Source: an uncultured Candidatus Hydrogenedens sp.
Lineage (GTDB): Bacteria; Myxococcota; UBA4151
NCBI GenBank assembly: GCA_902574205.1
Contig: CACGMS010000004.1
Span: 1-53,359, forward strand
Direction of reading: 5' to 3'
Length of the DNA: 53,359 nucleotides
Under the pieces are notes generated by a model. It was given only the letters and a program-made list of their open reading frames with translations, did no database searches and was not told the origin of the DNA. The position numbers and the translations under genes are program-made. Of the stretch, positions 37,177-46,987 are shown one piece after another (position 1 is the first letter of the stretch; the number at the start of each line of letters is the position of its first letter).

Positions 37177-38373
37177 TTGATGAAAAGCGTTTCTACAAAC
37201 ATTCGTAGCAGCCAGCGAACGAGGGCGAAAAACGCAACGTTCGCTCGGCCGAGCTTTGATCATCGGCGCCTTTTGTTCTTCGCCGCATTGGTGCTTTTAC
37301 TCGCGCTGACGGCGACGAGGGAAGCCACGATACAAGTGCTCGCTGATGCCTATTGGCAGGTCTCCTCCTATGTCGCTGCGACCATTTGCGTGGTGTATTG
37401 GCTGCAATCTAAATTCGCAAACACCTCACGATTTTCTGGGCTCATCGCCAACAATACACGATACCAGGTCGTTTTCGCCAGCCTCATGGGTACACTACCT
37501 GGCTGCGGCGGCGCAATTATCGTCATGACCCAGTTCGTCCAGGGGCGCCTGAGCTTTGGCGCGGTCGTGGCGGTACTCACAGCAACCATGGGTGACGCCG
37601 CTTTTCTTTTGCTTGCAGCTCAACCCAGCACCGGTTTCTTCGTGCTCGGGCTGTCGCTCGTAGCTGCACTCGTTTCCGGCTTAGTGGTCGATAAGATCCA
37701 TCGCCATGGCTTTATGATGCCGTCGATAGGCCCTGCTGAAGAACTTAACGAGACCCTGTCAGAAGAACCGCTGCAAACTGAAGCTCAGGGCTATTACTGG
37801 AAGCATGCCCTCCTACCCACCATGGTTGTTGCGGGCATGATTTCGTTTCAAACCGATATGGACGCGGTCTTTGGGTTTAGCGAAGGTACATTTGGATTAC
37901 TCGGCTGCAGCCTTGCATTGTTAGCGATGTTCCTTTGGGCAGTGGCGCCCTCCGGTCAAATCAACCTGGAGAAAATGAGCACCGACGATGTCCCGTTGTT
38001 TCAGCGGGTTGCGCATGAGACGAACACCGTGACGTGCTGGGTCATCCTCGCCTTTCTCGCATTTGAGCTCACCATCTTAGCGACCGGTTGGAACCTATCT
38101 AGTCTCTTCGTCGGCTTACCCGGCGTCGCCATCTTGGCTGCGGTTCTTATTGGCTGGATCCCGGGCTGCGGACCTCAGATTCTCACCACCACGCTTTATC
38201 TGAACGGTGCCATTCCCCTCTCCGCTCAGCTCGGCAATTCGATTAGCAACGATGGCGATGCGCTTTTCCCCGCGCTCGTCATGGCGCCAAAGGCTGCCAT
38301 CCTTGCGACGGCGTACAGCACCGTTCCCGCGCTTATCGTCGCTTACGGTTACGCCTTTCTCTTTGAGCTCTAA
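37177..38373 (+). CDS. Putative manganese/metal transporter (ArsP_2/DUF2899-like permease)
   Basis: Twofold internal repeat: LPGCGGAI...ATMGDAAF and IPGCGPQI...ISNDGDALFP; about 10 TM helices. Confidence 0.85.
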   Translation: MMKSVSTNIRSSQRTRAKNATFARPSFDHRRLLFFAALVLLLALTATREATIQVLADAYWQVSSYVAATICVVYWLQSKFANTSRFSGLIANNTRYQVVFASLMGTLPGCGGAIIVMTQFVQGRLSFGAVVAVLTATMGDAAFLLLAAQPSTGFFVLGLSLVAALVSGLVVDKIHRHGFMMPSIGPAEELNETLSEEPLQTEAQGYYWKHALLPTMVVAGMISFQTDMDAVFGFSEGTFGLLGCSLALLAMFLWAVAPSGQINLEKMSTDDVPLFQRVAHETNTVTCWVILAFLAFELTILATGWNLSSLFVGLPGVAILAAVLIGWIPGCGPQILTTTLYLNGAIPLSAQLGNSISNDGDALFPALVMAPKAAILATAYSTVPALIVAYGYAFLFEL

Positions 38374-38399
38374 AGTAACGACAGATCGGAAACAGGCTC

Positions 38400-38816
38400 G
38401 TGAACACTCCCAACGAATTTCGATTCCTTGGTCTCAACATGGTCAAGCTGACCATCGGCTATGGCTTGCTGCTTATTGTTTGGGCGGCTCTATTCTCGAT
38501 CGGCAGCAAGTCGTTCACTTCATGGATTCCTTCATTTATTGGACTGCCCATTTTGCTCGCAGGCGTCCTCACACACCAGCTACCCGCCAAGCGTAAACTC
38601 TTCATGCACGTTGCCGTTGTCTTCGGTCTCCTGGCGTTCTTGGGTGGGTTTCGCTTCTTCTCGGGTCTCAGTTCAGACGCGGGATTGTTTGCCAAGCCCA
38701 AAGCGGCAAGCTCTCAGTTAATGCTTTTGGTCACGGGTGGTGTGTATACCGTCGCCTGCGTGCGCTCGTTCATTTGGGCGCGTAAAAATGCTGGTCAAGC
38801 TGTAGCGTCCGATTAG
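38400..38816 (+). CDS. Small 4-TM membrane protein
   Basis: TSWIPSFIG, RKLFMHVAV and VRSFI.AR; hydrophobic throughout. Confidence 0.7.
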   Translation: MNTPNEFRFLGLNMVKLTIGYGLLLIVWAALFSIGSKSFTSWIPSFIGLPILLAGVLTHQLPAKRKLFMHVAVVFGLLAFLGGFRFFSGLSSDAGLFAKPKAASSQLMLLVTGGVYTVACVRSFIWARKNAGQAVASD

Positions 38817-38950
38817 ACCAATTGGGCGAGGCGACGACACCTGTGAGCTAGGTTGCGAGTTAGCGGCCTGAGGTGCCCATTCGCTTTTGCTCATCGTGCG
38901 CTTGGAATAGCGGTCATCTAGGATTAAGTTCCCCTAGAAAAGAGGTCTTG

Positions 38951-39532
38951 ATGACGACGTCTCAGCTAAACCTTCGCAGCTATCTTCGCTTGGCACGCAC
39001 CCTTTCGCTCGGTTTTCTGCTCGCTTGTGCGCAGGCCACGTCATTCTCAACCACCGTCGAAGCTCAAACCGAAATTGAGGGTGGCGGGCTCCTTGAGCAG
39101 CTCGCTGGTGATATGGGCTTTGACAGCTTTATCGCTTTTGATGTGACCGCGAATGAGCAGTTTGCTAACCAGGGCGTTGAGCGTCACCAAATCGATTCTG
39201 TTCGCCTGACCGCGCTCCGTCTAAGGGCCTCGGCTGGTGACTTTACCTTCTTGGACCGGCTTGAGTTTTTTGTCGAAGCAGAAGGGCAAGAGCGTGTTCG
39301 GATTGCCCACGGGGGGCCCTTCCCGGCGGGTCAGTCAGCGATTGAACTGGCGCTCGATGATGTCGACCTCGCGCCCTATGCCGCTGCCCCTGCTATGGAC
39401 CTGAAGACCGTAGTTCAAGGGCGCCGACCAGACCAAGATATAACGATTGATGCGGGGGTTGATTTCTTGATCGATGTCAACGTCAGCGGAGCAATCTGTG
39501 GTGCCGTCGAAGACACTCAAGAAGACAGTTAA
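38951..39532 (+). CDS. Hypothetical lipoprotein
   Basis: GAGG RBS before the ATG at 38951; lipobox LLAC; beta-rich body. Confidence 0.65.
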   Translation: MTTSQLNLRSYLRLARTLSLGFLLACAQATSFSTTVEAQTEIEGGGLLEQLAGDMGFDSFIAFDVTANEQFANQGVERHQIDSVRLTALRLRASAGDFTFLDRLEFFVEAEGQERVRIAHGGPFPAGQSAIELALDDVDLAPYAAAPAMDLKTVVQGRRPDQDITIDAGVDFLIDVNVSGAICGAVEDTQEDS

Positions 39533-40860
39533 CGGGTAGCATCTGCCTCCGACAGTTGGCGCACGTGGTTGAGGACGCGAGTGTGAATTCTACCAATGAT
39601 CACATCGCTAAAACGTTTCCAGTACAGTTGCGGTGCCATATCCAGAGAATACCATGTGGTTCCAACCAGCCGCGTTTTGTTCCCGGGAAGTCGCTCAAGC
39701 CGAAACGCTCCTCGACGACTCTTCATTGAACCCGCGAGATGAGGGGCGTGCACATGCTGATAAGGGCTCCACTCATGCATGGGCGGCGGCTGTTTGGTGA
39801 CGTCAAAAGCGAGATGATGAGGAGGGTTCCAAACCGTAATCGGTTCAACGAATGCACCGGTCGTGAATTCGCAATGCCGCACCGCACCCACACCCTCACC
39901 ATCGATACGGGCACGAACCGGGCAGGCAATTCCTGTCTTCATTAACCAATCACTCGGAGGCGGCAGATCGGGAAAGCTAACCACCCGCTCCCAGACCACT
40001 TCAGGCGGTGCGTCAACCACCACCTCCGTTACCGCGCTGTGGACCACATCATCGAGCCCTTGACCTGGCATCGCCATCGTCAAAGGTAGCGCAAAAAATA
40101 GGCTAGCGACCGCGCCGCCCGATTGCGCCTGCGCCATACTTCGACCGACCAGCGCGCCCATCGCTGCAAGCACCGCAGCGAGCGGCGCCGCCATCAGCAA
40201 ACAGATCCCGCCCTCAAGGGCTAACAACACCATCGTACCGCCGCACAACCCGAGCCCAAGCAGCGCGATGCCTACGCTTCGCTTAATACTCGCCTCCCCG
40301 CTTTGTGCCACCAGGTACGCGCTGACCACGCCCATGACGAAGGGCGTACCAGCGAACAGCGCCGAGCCATACTCCTCCAAACCAAAGACGCTGACGAGCA
40401 GCGCCACTAAACCGGTCACAATACCAGCCGCTAACGCCTTGAGCGCTTGCGGTAGAGCCGCAGGCAACTGGTCGCCTCTACGCATCTCTTGAGCCTGGCG
40501 CGTCGGTGCTGCGCACAACGCCACGATCATCAACCAGTTGATCAACGGCACAAAGAACAAGAGACCGACCCAAGGTGAGAGTCCGGCGTTGCGAGCACGC
40601 CTGATGCTCATGCTGACCCCAACCCAGACGAAGGGAAGGCTGAACAGCGCCATCACTAAGAAACTCAGTTTCGCGTTACTGATCCCATCGAGACGCCACG
40701 CCAGCGATGGGCTCAGATAGGTCCACGGCGCCATCAATTGAGCGGTATCGAGGTACAAAACAAGCGAATCAAGAGCGTACTTGACGAGCAACAAGCCGAT
40801 CCCGTGCTTTACGTACTGCGCACGACCTACCGCCACGCGTCCAAACCATAACTGAGTCAC
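39529..40860 (-). CDS. DUF805 + TM + SRPBCC/polyketide-cyclase-like domain protein
   Basis: SIRRARNAGLSPW...FVPLIN (DUF805); VDAPPEVVW...GVGAVRHCEF (SRPBCC). Confidence 0.8.
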   Translation of the reverse strand: MTQLWFGRVAVGRAQYVKHGIGLLLVKYALDSLVLYLDTAQLMAPWTYLSPSLAWRLDGISNAKLSFLVMALFSLPFVWVGVSMSIRRARNAGLSPWVGLLFFVPLINWLMIVALCAAPTRQAQEMRRGDQLPAALPQALKALAAGIVTGLVALLVSVFGLEEYGSALFAGTPFVMGVVSAYLVAQSGEASIKRSVGIALLGLGLCGGTMVLLALEGGICLLMAAPLAAVLAAMGALVGRSMAQAQSGGAVASLFFALPLTMAMPGQGLDDVVHSAVTEVVVDAPPEVVWERVVSFPDLPPPSDWLMKTGIACPVRARIDGEGVGAVRHCEFTTGAFVEPITVWNPPHHLAFDVTKQPPPMHEWSPYQHVHAPHLAGSMKSRRGAFRLERLPGNKTRLVGTTWYSLDMAPQLYWKRFSDVIIGRIHTRVLNHVRQLSEADATR

Positions 40861-40982
40861 AAACGCTCTCCTCGCTGAAAGACCCTCTCGCTAGTTGCTG
40901 TCGCCGACAAGGGACGACGTGGTCTCGAGGTAGAAACCGAAGGCAGCTTGCCAATCCGTTTGACCGCGCCTAGCTCCAAGAC

Positions 40983-41714
40983 ATGAAAGAGCGCATCGAC
41001 ATCTTGTTGGTTCAACGTGGCTTATGCTCAACCCGAAGCCGCGCACAGGCGCGCATCATGGCCGGCCAGGTCATCGTCAACGACCATCGAATCGATAAGG
41101 CAGGCACTAAAGTCTCTATCGATGCGCAGATCCGCCTTAAAGGTAAGGACCTCGCTTATGTCTCCCGAGGCGGACTCAAACTCGAGGGTGCTCTTGAGGC
41201 ATGGCCAATCGAGCTCGACGGTGTCGTCGCTATGGACGTGGGCGCCTCCACAGGAGGGTTCACCGACCTCCTTTTGCAACGAGGTGCAGCGCAGGTCTAC
41301 GCTGTTGATGTCGGACACAACCAATTGGCTTGGAAACTTAGGCAAGATCCGCGCGTAATTAACCTTGAACGCACCCACATCGCTAAGCTTGAGCCCGGGA
41401 GCCTTGAGCCTGCTCCTACCCTCGCCGTCATCGATGTCAGCTTTATCTCGCTACGACGCGTGCTGCCTGCAACAGTGCCTCACCTGGCGGCGGGAGGTCG
41501 CATCTATGCCTTGATCAAGCCTCAGTTTGAAGTGGGTCGAGAACGAATAGGCAAAGGCGGCATCGTACGCGACGCCGAAGCCAGAGGCGATGCGGTCGCT
41601 AAAGTTTTAGCGACTGCGCAGGCGCTCGGACTTGACCTGCTCGGCAACATCGAGAGCCCGATCACCGGTACCGAAGGAAACATCGAATACCTTGCGGGCT
41701 GGCAAATCCGCTAG
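40983..41714 (+). CDS. tlyA: TlyA family rRNA 2'-O-methyltransferase
   Basis: S4 domain, YVSRGGLKL, DVGASTGGFTD, DVSFISL, IKPQFE and G..GNIE. Confidence 0.95.
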   Translation: MKERIDILLVQRGLCSTRSRAQARIMAGQVIVNDHRIDKAGTKVSIDAQIRLKGKDLAYVSRGGLKLEGALEAWPIELDGVVAMDVGASTGGFTDLLLQRGAAQVYAVDVGHNQLAWKLRQDPRVINLERTHIAKLEPGSLEPAPTLAVIDVSFISLRRVLPATVPHLAAGGRIYALIKPQFEVGRERIGKGGIVRDAEARGDAVAKVLATAQALGLDLLGNIESPITGTEGNIEYLAGWQIR

Positions 41715-43030
41715 GAAGAGGCGCTCGTGCACCGAACCCGCCGGTACCAGTCTGGAAGCCCGAGACGCTCACTCATCGCCAGCAAGAGCCGATCACGTAA
41801 GCGAAACAGGTTGACCGTATCCGCTCGGTTATAAGCCACCAAATCAGCGAAGGCCCAGTAGGCTTGATCACCGCCGCTGCTGACACGATCCCATAGGGTG
41901 ATCGCATCACGACCACGCAGATCGGCAATGCGGCTCGCCCGCCGAATGCCGAGTGAGCGCTCAACAGCTTTGAGCCCGCCACGGTATTTGCCCTGACGAG
42001 ACACATCCAAAAGGTCACTATAGCGCTCTGGCACTGGATGCCCATCATACACCTTGCGCAGCATGGCAACGTCGAACTTACGACCACCAAAAACTAAGAT
42101 GAGACCGTCACTAGCGAGTTCAGCCGGCGCCTTATCAAAGGATGCAAAGCGAACCGAGAGCCCATCCAGGAGACCACTCGAAGGGCCAGTCTGTGCCCAG
42201 CGACCTGGCAACTGCTCAGCGGCACCAGCGAGCCACCAGCGCACGACCTCTTCATCGACATAGGCGGTAAACGTCTCTTCATCGTAAGCGACGCCCATAA
42301 CGGTGGGGGCGCCAGTCCGATCGCACTCAAAATCAAGGGCGATGGACTGCGGCGCCCAGCGCTCAAGCAGGCGCCAGCGGTGACGCGCAGGCGCTGCGCT
42401 CCATCGCTCGACCTCGGTCATCTCAACATCGAGGGCTAGCGCTTGACGGACGCGAACGACCTGATCTCGCGCAATCACCGAGTCCCGACTCGGCTCGTGG
42501 CTGAACGTCTCGAGAAAACGTGCGTGATCGATAACGCCATTTGTCCACAGCGCCGTCTCGATGCGCGAACTAATACCGCTCACGAAAGCAAAAGTCTGAT
42601 CCCATAAATCACCCACCGGCTGACTCATTTCAGCGATCAAGCGCTGCCTGAGCTCATCATCCATCGGCGGCATCGGTAAGGTCTTGAGCTGCTCGACATC
42701 AAACCAACCGATGTCTTGATGATCCAAAGGCTGAGGTTCATCATCGCTATCAACCTGAAAGATGCGCATGGATAACCGTAAATCACTGCGCCGCTCGCCG
42801 ACGGTCGCCCATTCCGGCCCGACCCGAACCTTCACCCCGAGTTCTTCTTCAACTTCGCGTGCAAGCGCCACTTTGGCTGTTTCACCCAGTTCCTGCTTAC
42901 CACCAGGAAACTCCCACAAGCTGCCATGATGTTTGTCTTTAGGGCGTTGCGCTAAAAACACCTGGTCATTGCGTCGCCACAAGGCGCCGACCACTCTGAG
43001 CATGGGCAGAGCTTTCCCAGCTTGAGCCAT
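41711..43030 (-). CDS. MutT-like Nudix hydrolase fused to YprB/RNase_H_2-like exonuclease domain
   Basis: Nudix box WEFPGGKQELGETAKVALAREVEEELG; C-terminal LDFE, FGGRKFDV, GGLKAVERSLGI and YNRAD motifs. Confidence 0.82.
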   Translation of the reverse strand: MAQAGKALPMLRVVGALWRRNDQVFLAQRPKDKHHGSLWEFPGGKQELGETAKVALAREVEEELGVKVRVGPEWATVGERRSDLRLSMRIFQVDSDDEPQPLDHQDIGWFDVEQLKTLPMPPMDDELRQRLIAEMSQPVGDLWDQTFAFVSGISSRIETALWTNGVIDHARFLETFSHEPSRDSVIARDQVVRVRQALALDVEMTEVERWSAAPARHRWRLLERWAPQSIALDFECDRTGAPTVMGVAYDEETFTAYVDEEVVRWWLAGAAEQLPGRWAQTGPSSGLLDGLSVRFASFDKAPAELASDGLILVFGGRKFDVAMLRKVYDGHPVPERYSDLLDVSRQGKYRGGLKAVERSLGIRRASRIADLRGRDAITLWDRVSSGGDQAYWAFADLVAYNRADTVNLFRLRDRLLLAMSERLGLPDWYRRVRCTSASS

Positions 43031-43434
43031 CAGTTCGATACGTCTTCAGGTAAGCCAGTCAAATCATCGACCAAGCTTGCGCTTCCTGGGCGTTCGGGGC
43101 GTGCTAAATAGCGCAAAGTCGCAATCAACCTAGCCGGATCCAAGGGTCGCTTTAAGAAGGCTTTAGCGCCCATCTCGAGTGCACGACTGGCGTCTTCGCT
43201 GTCCGCACCTAACACCACCGCGGTAGGAACCTCGTGCGCGACCGTTTCAAGCAGCGTCCAGCCCATCAAATCAGGTAGGTTGAGATCGATGACCGCCGAG
43301 CGATGCAACGAACCAGGCTTGAGATCTCCAGGCCTGAGCGCATCAACCGTCTCGTAGCCATGATCATGAAGCACTTGTCGTAGCCAAGCCGTCAACCATG
43401 GCCCGCTGCCCATAATCAGAACCGGATCGATCAT
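43030..43434 (-). CDS. Atypical single-domain response regulator receiver
   Basis: VIDLNLPDLMG and ALEMGAKAFLKRP motifs; N-terminal acidic pocket absent (LIMGSG). Confidence 0.7.
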   Translation of the reverse strand: MIDPVLIMGSGPWLTAWLRQVLHDHGYETVDALRPGDLKPGSLHRSAVIDLNLPDLMGWTLLETVAHEVPTAVVLGADSEDASRALEMGAKAFLKRPLDPARLIATLRYLARPERPGSASLVDDLTGLPEDVSN

Positions 43435-44579
43435 TGTAAGGCGTCCGCCATCCCCTTAGCCACCAAGTAAAGTACTCCACCATTACTGTACATCACGGCG
43501 AGCTTACTGGCTACAGCCGGCGCCGAGGTAAAGCCTGTTCCGGTGTCCATGACTTGCAAGCGCGCACCATCGTAGGCTCGCAGCAGCGTCATCGGCCCAT
43601 CGTCGCGACCGAACCATAACCGTCCATTGCGAACCACGGGCTGGCTAGGAACGCCCCCCTCAAAGCGATACTTCCAGAGCGTTTTTCCCTTTTGTCTCTC
43701 GAGTCCTGCCAAACGACCACGGGCACCAATATAGACCCGATACTGATCCACTGCGATGCGGTGCACGCCACGAAGTTTCGGACGCTTCCATACCAACCGC
43801 CCATCGGCGACACGCAAGGCAAAAACCCCGCTGTTATAGGCTGCCGTATAGACGATTCCGTCAAGCACCACAGGCCCTGCATCAACGTCCGCAAAGTCTT
43901 CATTCGACTTGCCAAGCTTGCGCTCCCATACGACCTCGCACTCGCCCTCGGCTGGGTCGTCATTGTACGCCGTCAAGTGCCCGGCAGAACTTCCCACTAA
44001 AACCACGCGCTCGGCGTTACTTCGGTCCGCTTTCGGCAGCAAAACAGGCGTTGGTGCCGTATGACCAAAGATCGTGACTTGGTTCGGGCGCCCACCATCC
44101 TCATAACGATCGCATGACCAGATCTCAGACCCATCGCGCAAATCGACCACCAACAGCTGATCGAGACCCGTTTGTAAGTAGATTCGCCCCCGATCAACGA
44201 CCGGTGCGGCAACGGGCTCTGTACCAATAGGTAAGGACCAAACAGGACTGCCGTCCTTCACTTGAAGCGCATGCAAAAATCCATCATCTGCAGTCACTAA
44301 GACTGCTGGTCCCCAAACCACGGGCTGACCACTTACGCGGCCGGGCATTTGACGTTTCCAGCGAACCTTACCGGTGCCCAATTCCAAAGCAGTCAGGACA
44401 CCTTCATCGGTACCAACGAGCACCACTCGCATCGACGGAACAATTGTTGGAGCGCTACGCTGCTCTCGGCTTGAAGACGCATCTTGCAGCCGTTTCGACC
44501 ACTGCACACCCCAGTGATGCGCGCCGACCGCTTCAGGCTCAGCCTGAAGCGTAGCACCGAAAAGCAAGGCAACGAGCAT
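43431..44579 (-). CDS. PQQ-like beta-propeller protein, BamB-like
   Basis: Repeated AL...G...W propeller blades; directly downstream of a YfgM-like gene. Confidence 0.8.
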   Translation of the reverse strand: MLVALLFGATLQAEPEAVGAHHWGVQWSKRLQDASSSREQRSAPTIVPSMRVVLVGTDEGVLTALELGTGKVRWKRQMPGRVSGQPVVWGPAVLVTADDGFLHALQVKDGSPVWSLPIGTEPVAAPVVDRGRIYLQTGLDQLLVVDLRDGSEIWSCDRYEDGGRPNQVTIFGHTAPTPVLLPKADRSNAERVVLVGSSAGHLTAYNDDPAEGECEVVWERKLGKSNEDFADVDAGPVVLDGIVYTAAYNSGVFALRVADGRLVWKRPKLRGVHRIAVDQYRVYIGARGRLAGLERQKGKTLWKYRFEGGVPSQPVVRNGRLWFGRDDGPMTLLRAYDGARLQVMDTGTGFTSAPAVASKLAVMYSNGGVLYLVAKGMADALQ

Positions 44580-45478
44580 CAGCCGGCCTTCTTACCCAGC
44601 AGATTCAAACCTTCGTCAGCACGAAACCGCTCATTACTCTGCTTGAGCTGGTCATCCTTTGTAACCAATTCCAGCAGTTTCGCAGCCTCGTCCGGCTTGC
44701 TCCCACGACGGTACATCGATGCCGCCTCAATAAAGAGACCGACACTGTGATCACGGGCTAACTTAAGCCGCATATCGAGCTCTGTAGACGGCTTGAGTTC
44801 AGCCGATACAGCCAGACGTTTCACTTCCTCGTGATACTCTTGAGCAATCGCCTCTAACTGAGCCGCTCCGTCAACACCTTTACCCTGGGCTTCAAGGGCG
44901 TGCGCTTGCATCTCAAGCGCTCGCCGCCTGAACACCGTGTCCTTCTTCTCAGAAGCTAGAAACCCATCAAGATGCTTCGCCGCAGCCTCACCATCACCGC
45001 TCTGAAGTGCAGTGGCAGCCAATCCGAGCACGGCAAAGTGGGCGGCTCCGCTTGCGGGACCTTGTTTGATGACCTTATTGAAGGCGTCATTCATCGCTTC
45101 GAGTCGCTCTTCTTCTGACTCAAACTGCGGCGGCTGCAAGGGATTGTCAGCATCAGCTTCTTGACCTTGGTTATCATCCGAGTCCTTAACAATACGCCCT
45201 TGCGCCGCCTGAGTACCCTGACGGAATAAATCAGTTAACTCGCCGTCGTTTGCTGCTTGTCGTGATTCTTGGGTGGCATAGAATCCACCCCCCACAAGGA
45301 CGACAGCAATCCCGGCAAGAATTAGGTTTTTGTTTCGCTTGAGGTTGTCTTCGACCTCGAGCGCCAACGCCTGCTCTCGAGCCAACGCATCACGGCTTGC
45401 CTGTGCTTCATTGGCTTCCTTTTGACGTTTCTGATTCTTGTAACTGGTCGTCTTTCGTTCCAATTTACCGATAGACAT
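44579..45478 (-). CDS. YfgM-like TM + TPR protein
   Basis: Charged N-terminus, single TM (LILAGIAVVLVGGGFY), TPR helices; coupled to the propeller gene. Confidence 0.7.
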   Translation of the reverse strand: MSIGKLERKTTSYKNQKRQKEANEAQASRDALAREQALALEVEDNLKRNKNLILAGIAVVLVGGGFYATQESRQAANDGELTDLFRQGTQAAQGRIVKDSDDNQGQEADADNPLQPPQFESEEERLEAMNDAFNKVIKQGPASGAAHFAVLGLAATALQSGDGEAAAKHLDGFLASEKKDTVFRRRALEMQAHALEAQGKGVDGAAQLEAIAQEYHEEVKRLAVSAELKPSTELDMRLKLARDHSVGLFIEAASMYRRGSKPDEAAKLLELVTKDDQLKQSNERFRADEGLNLLGKKAG

Positions 45479-45568
45479 AGATATCCTTCTCCTTCCACCC
45501 TGCCACTACCCTTTAGGGTAGCGTGGGCGATCGAGCCCGCTGATTATGGAGTGCCACCCCCCTTGTCA

Positions 45569-46195
45569 ATGACAGCTTATCTATCGATCGGCAGTGATCT
45601 GACTCAGCCCTGCGTGCTTCACGAGGCGAACGACTATGCCTTGCTTTACAAACCCCCGGGTATGGCGGTCCAAGCCGACGCCCGAGGCGATCTGGATCTC
45701 TTGAGTTGGTACCGATCCGATGCCAGCGTGGTTGGCCGTTTAGATCGGCCTGTCTGCGGCATGGTACTTGTCGCCACCACACCACTCGGTAAAACCAGTC
45801 TTCAAACGGCGCAATCCCAGCAACAACTGCTAAAAATCTATCGCGCCAAAACGATGCTAAACGCACCACGATTGCCTCCCTTAATCGAACACGGCTGGCG
45901 ATTTGAACGCGGCTTGGCGCAAGCGACTTCAGTCGGCGCAAAACGCAGCAAAATCATGCGCACCAAAGTGATTACCCAAGAAGCGGAGTATGTCGAACTG
46001 CAGCTCATCACGGGCCGGCGACACCAACTTCGGGTTCAACTTGCGACTGCTGGCTGTCCGATTGTTGGCGATCGACGCTATGGCGGGATCAAGGCCGATC
46101 GAGTGTATCTCTCCTGCGTTGCGATCGGTCTTCCGAATCGACCAGTCTACCGCCTGAGCGACAAGACACTCCAAGCGCTCAATCTGGCAACCTGA
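45569..46195 (+). CDS. RluA-family pseudouridine synthase
   Basis: KPPG, GRLD..V.G (catalytic Asp) and LITGRRHQLRVQLA..GCPIVGD.RYG motifs. Confidence 0.88.
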   Translation: MTAYLSIGSDLTQPCVLHEANDYALLYKPPGMAVQADARGDLDLLSWYRSDASVVGRLDRPVCGMVLVATTPLGKTSLQTAQSQQQLLKIYRAKTMLNAPRLPPLIEHGWRFERGLAQATSVGAKRSKIMRTKVITQEAEYVELQLITGRRHQLRVQLATAGCPIVGDRRYGGIKADRVYLSCVAIGLPNRPVYRLSDKTLQALNLAT

Positions 46196-46961
46196 ACAGC
46201 TTCTGCGCGTTGCGCGCCGTCTGAAACCGAAATTCAAACAGGTCGACCGCCCTAAGGTCAGCAATCAGTGCAGCAGTGTGAGCCACAAACGCAGGCTCAT
46301 TCTTTTTGCCGCGTTTGGGGACCGGCGCCAAATAAGGACAATCGGTTTCCACCATGATTCGATCCAAAGGCACCGCTTCGGCAACCGTACGCAAATCGCC
46401 AGCACTCTTGAACGTCACGATCCCGGAAAAGCTGACCATCAAGCCACGCGCTAATCCATCCATGGCATTGCTCATGGTCCCAGTAAAACAATGCAAGACA
46501 CCTCCGGCCTCAGGTAATCCCACATCATCGATGATGGGGTAAAAATCCTCGTAGGCATCACGCACATGGAAAACGATCGGTTGATTAAGTTCACCAGCCA
46601 GTTCCAGAAACTGCCGTAGCGCACGCTGCTGTGCCGCTCGCGGGGCATGGTCATAATAATAGTCCAAGCCAGTCTCACCAATACCGACGACCTTCTCGTG
46701 CTCTGCCAAACGACGGACCAAATTCAACACTTCCGTGGCATCAAAACCGTCTCCAACATCGTGGGGATGCACACCAAGCGTACAATAGACCTCGGGGTAT
46801 CGATCAATAAGCTCCATGGCTTCATGACAAGCGGATACATCACCGCCTGCGCCAATATGGATGAGATGCGTCAGTCCTGCGGCTCGCGCCCGCTCCACTA
46901 ATGCGTCCACTTCATCACCGAAATTACTCGGCCCGATGTGACAATGACTATCGATAAACAT
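46179..46961 (-). CDS. tatD: TatD family hydrolase
   Basis: MFIDSHCH, GVHPH, IGETGLDY, HCFTG, ETDCPYLAP and NEP motifs. Confidence 0.93.
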   Translation of the reverse strand: MFIDSHCHIGPSNFGDEVDALVERARAAGLTHLIHIGAGGDVSACHEAMELIDRYPEVYCTLGVHPHDVGDGFDATEVLNLVRRLAEHEKVVGIGETGLDYYYDHAPRAAQQRALRQFLELAGELNQPIVFHVRDAYEDFYPIIDDVGLPEAGGVLHCFTGTMSNAMDGLARGLMVSFSGIVTFKSAGDLRTVAEAVPLDRIMVETDCPYLAPVPKRGKKNEPAFVAHTAALIADLRAVDLFEFRFQTARNAQKLFRLPD

Positions 46962-46987
46962 AGCGGGCTCTCCGAGCCTTCTTTGGC

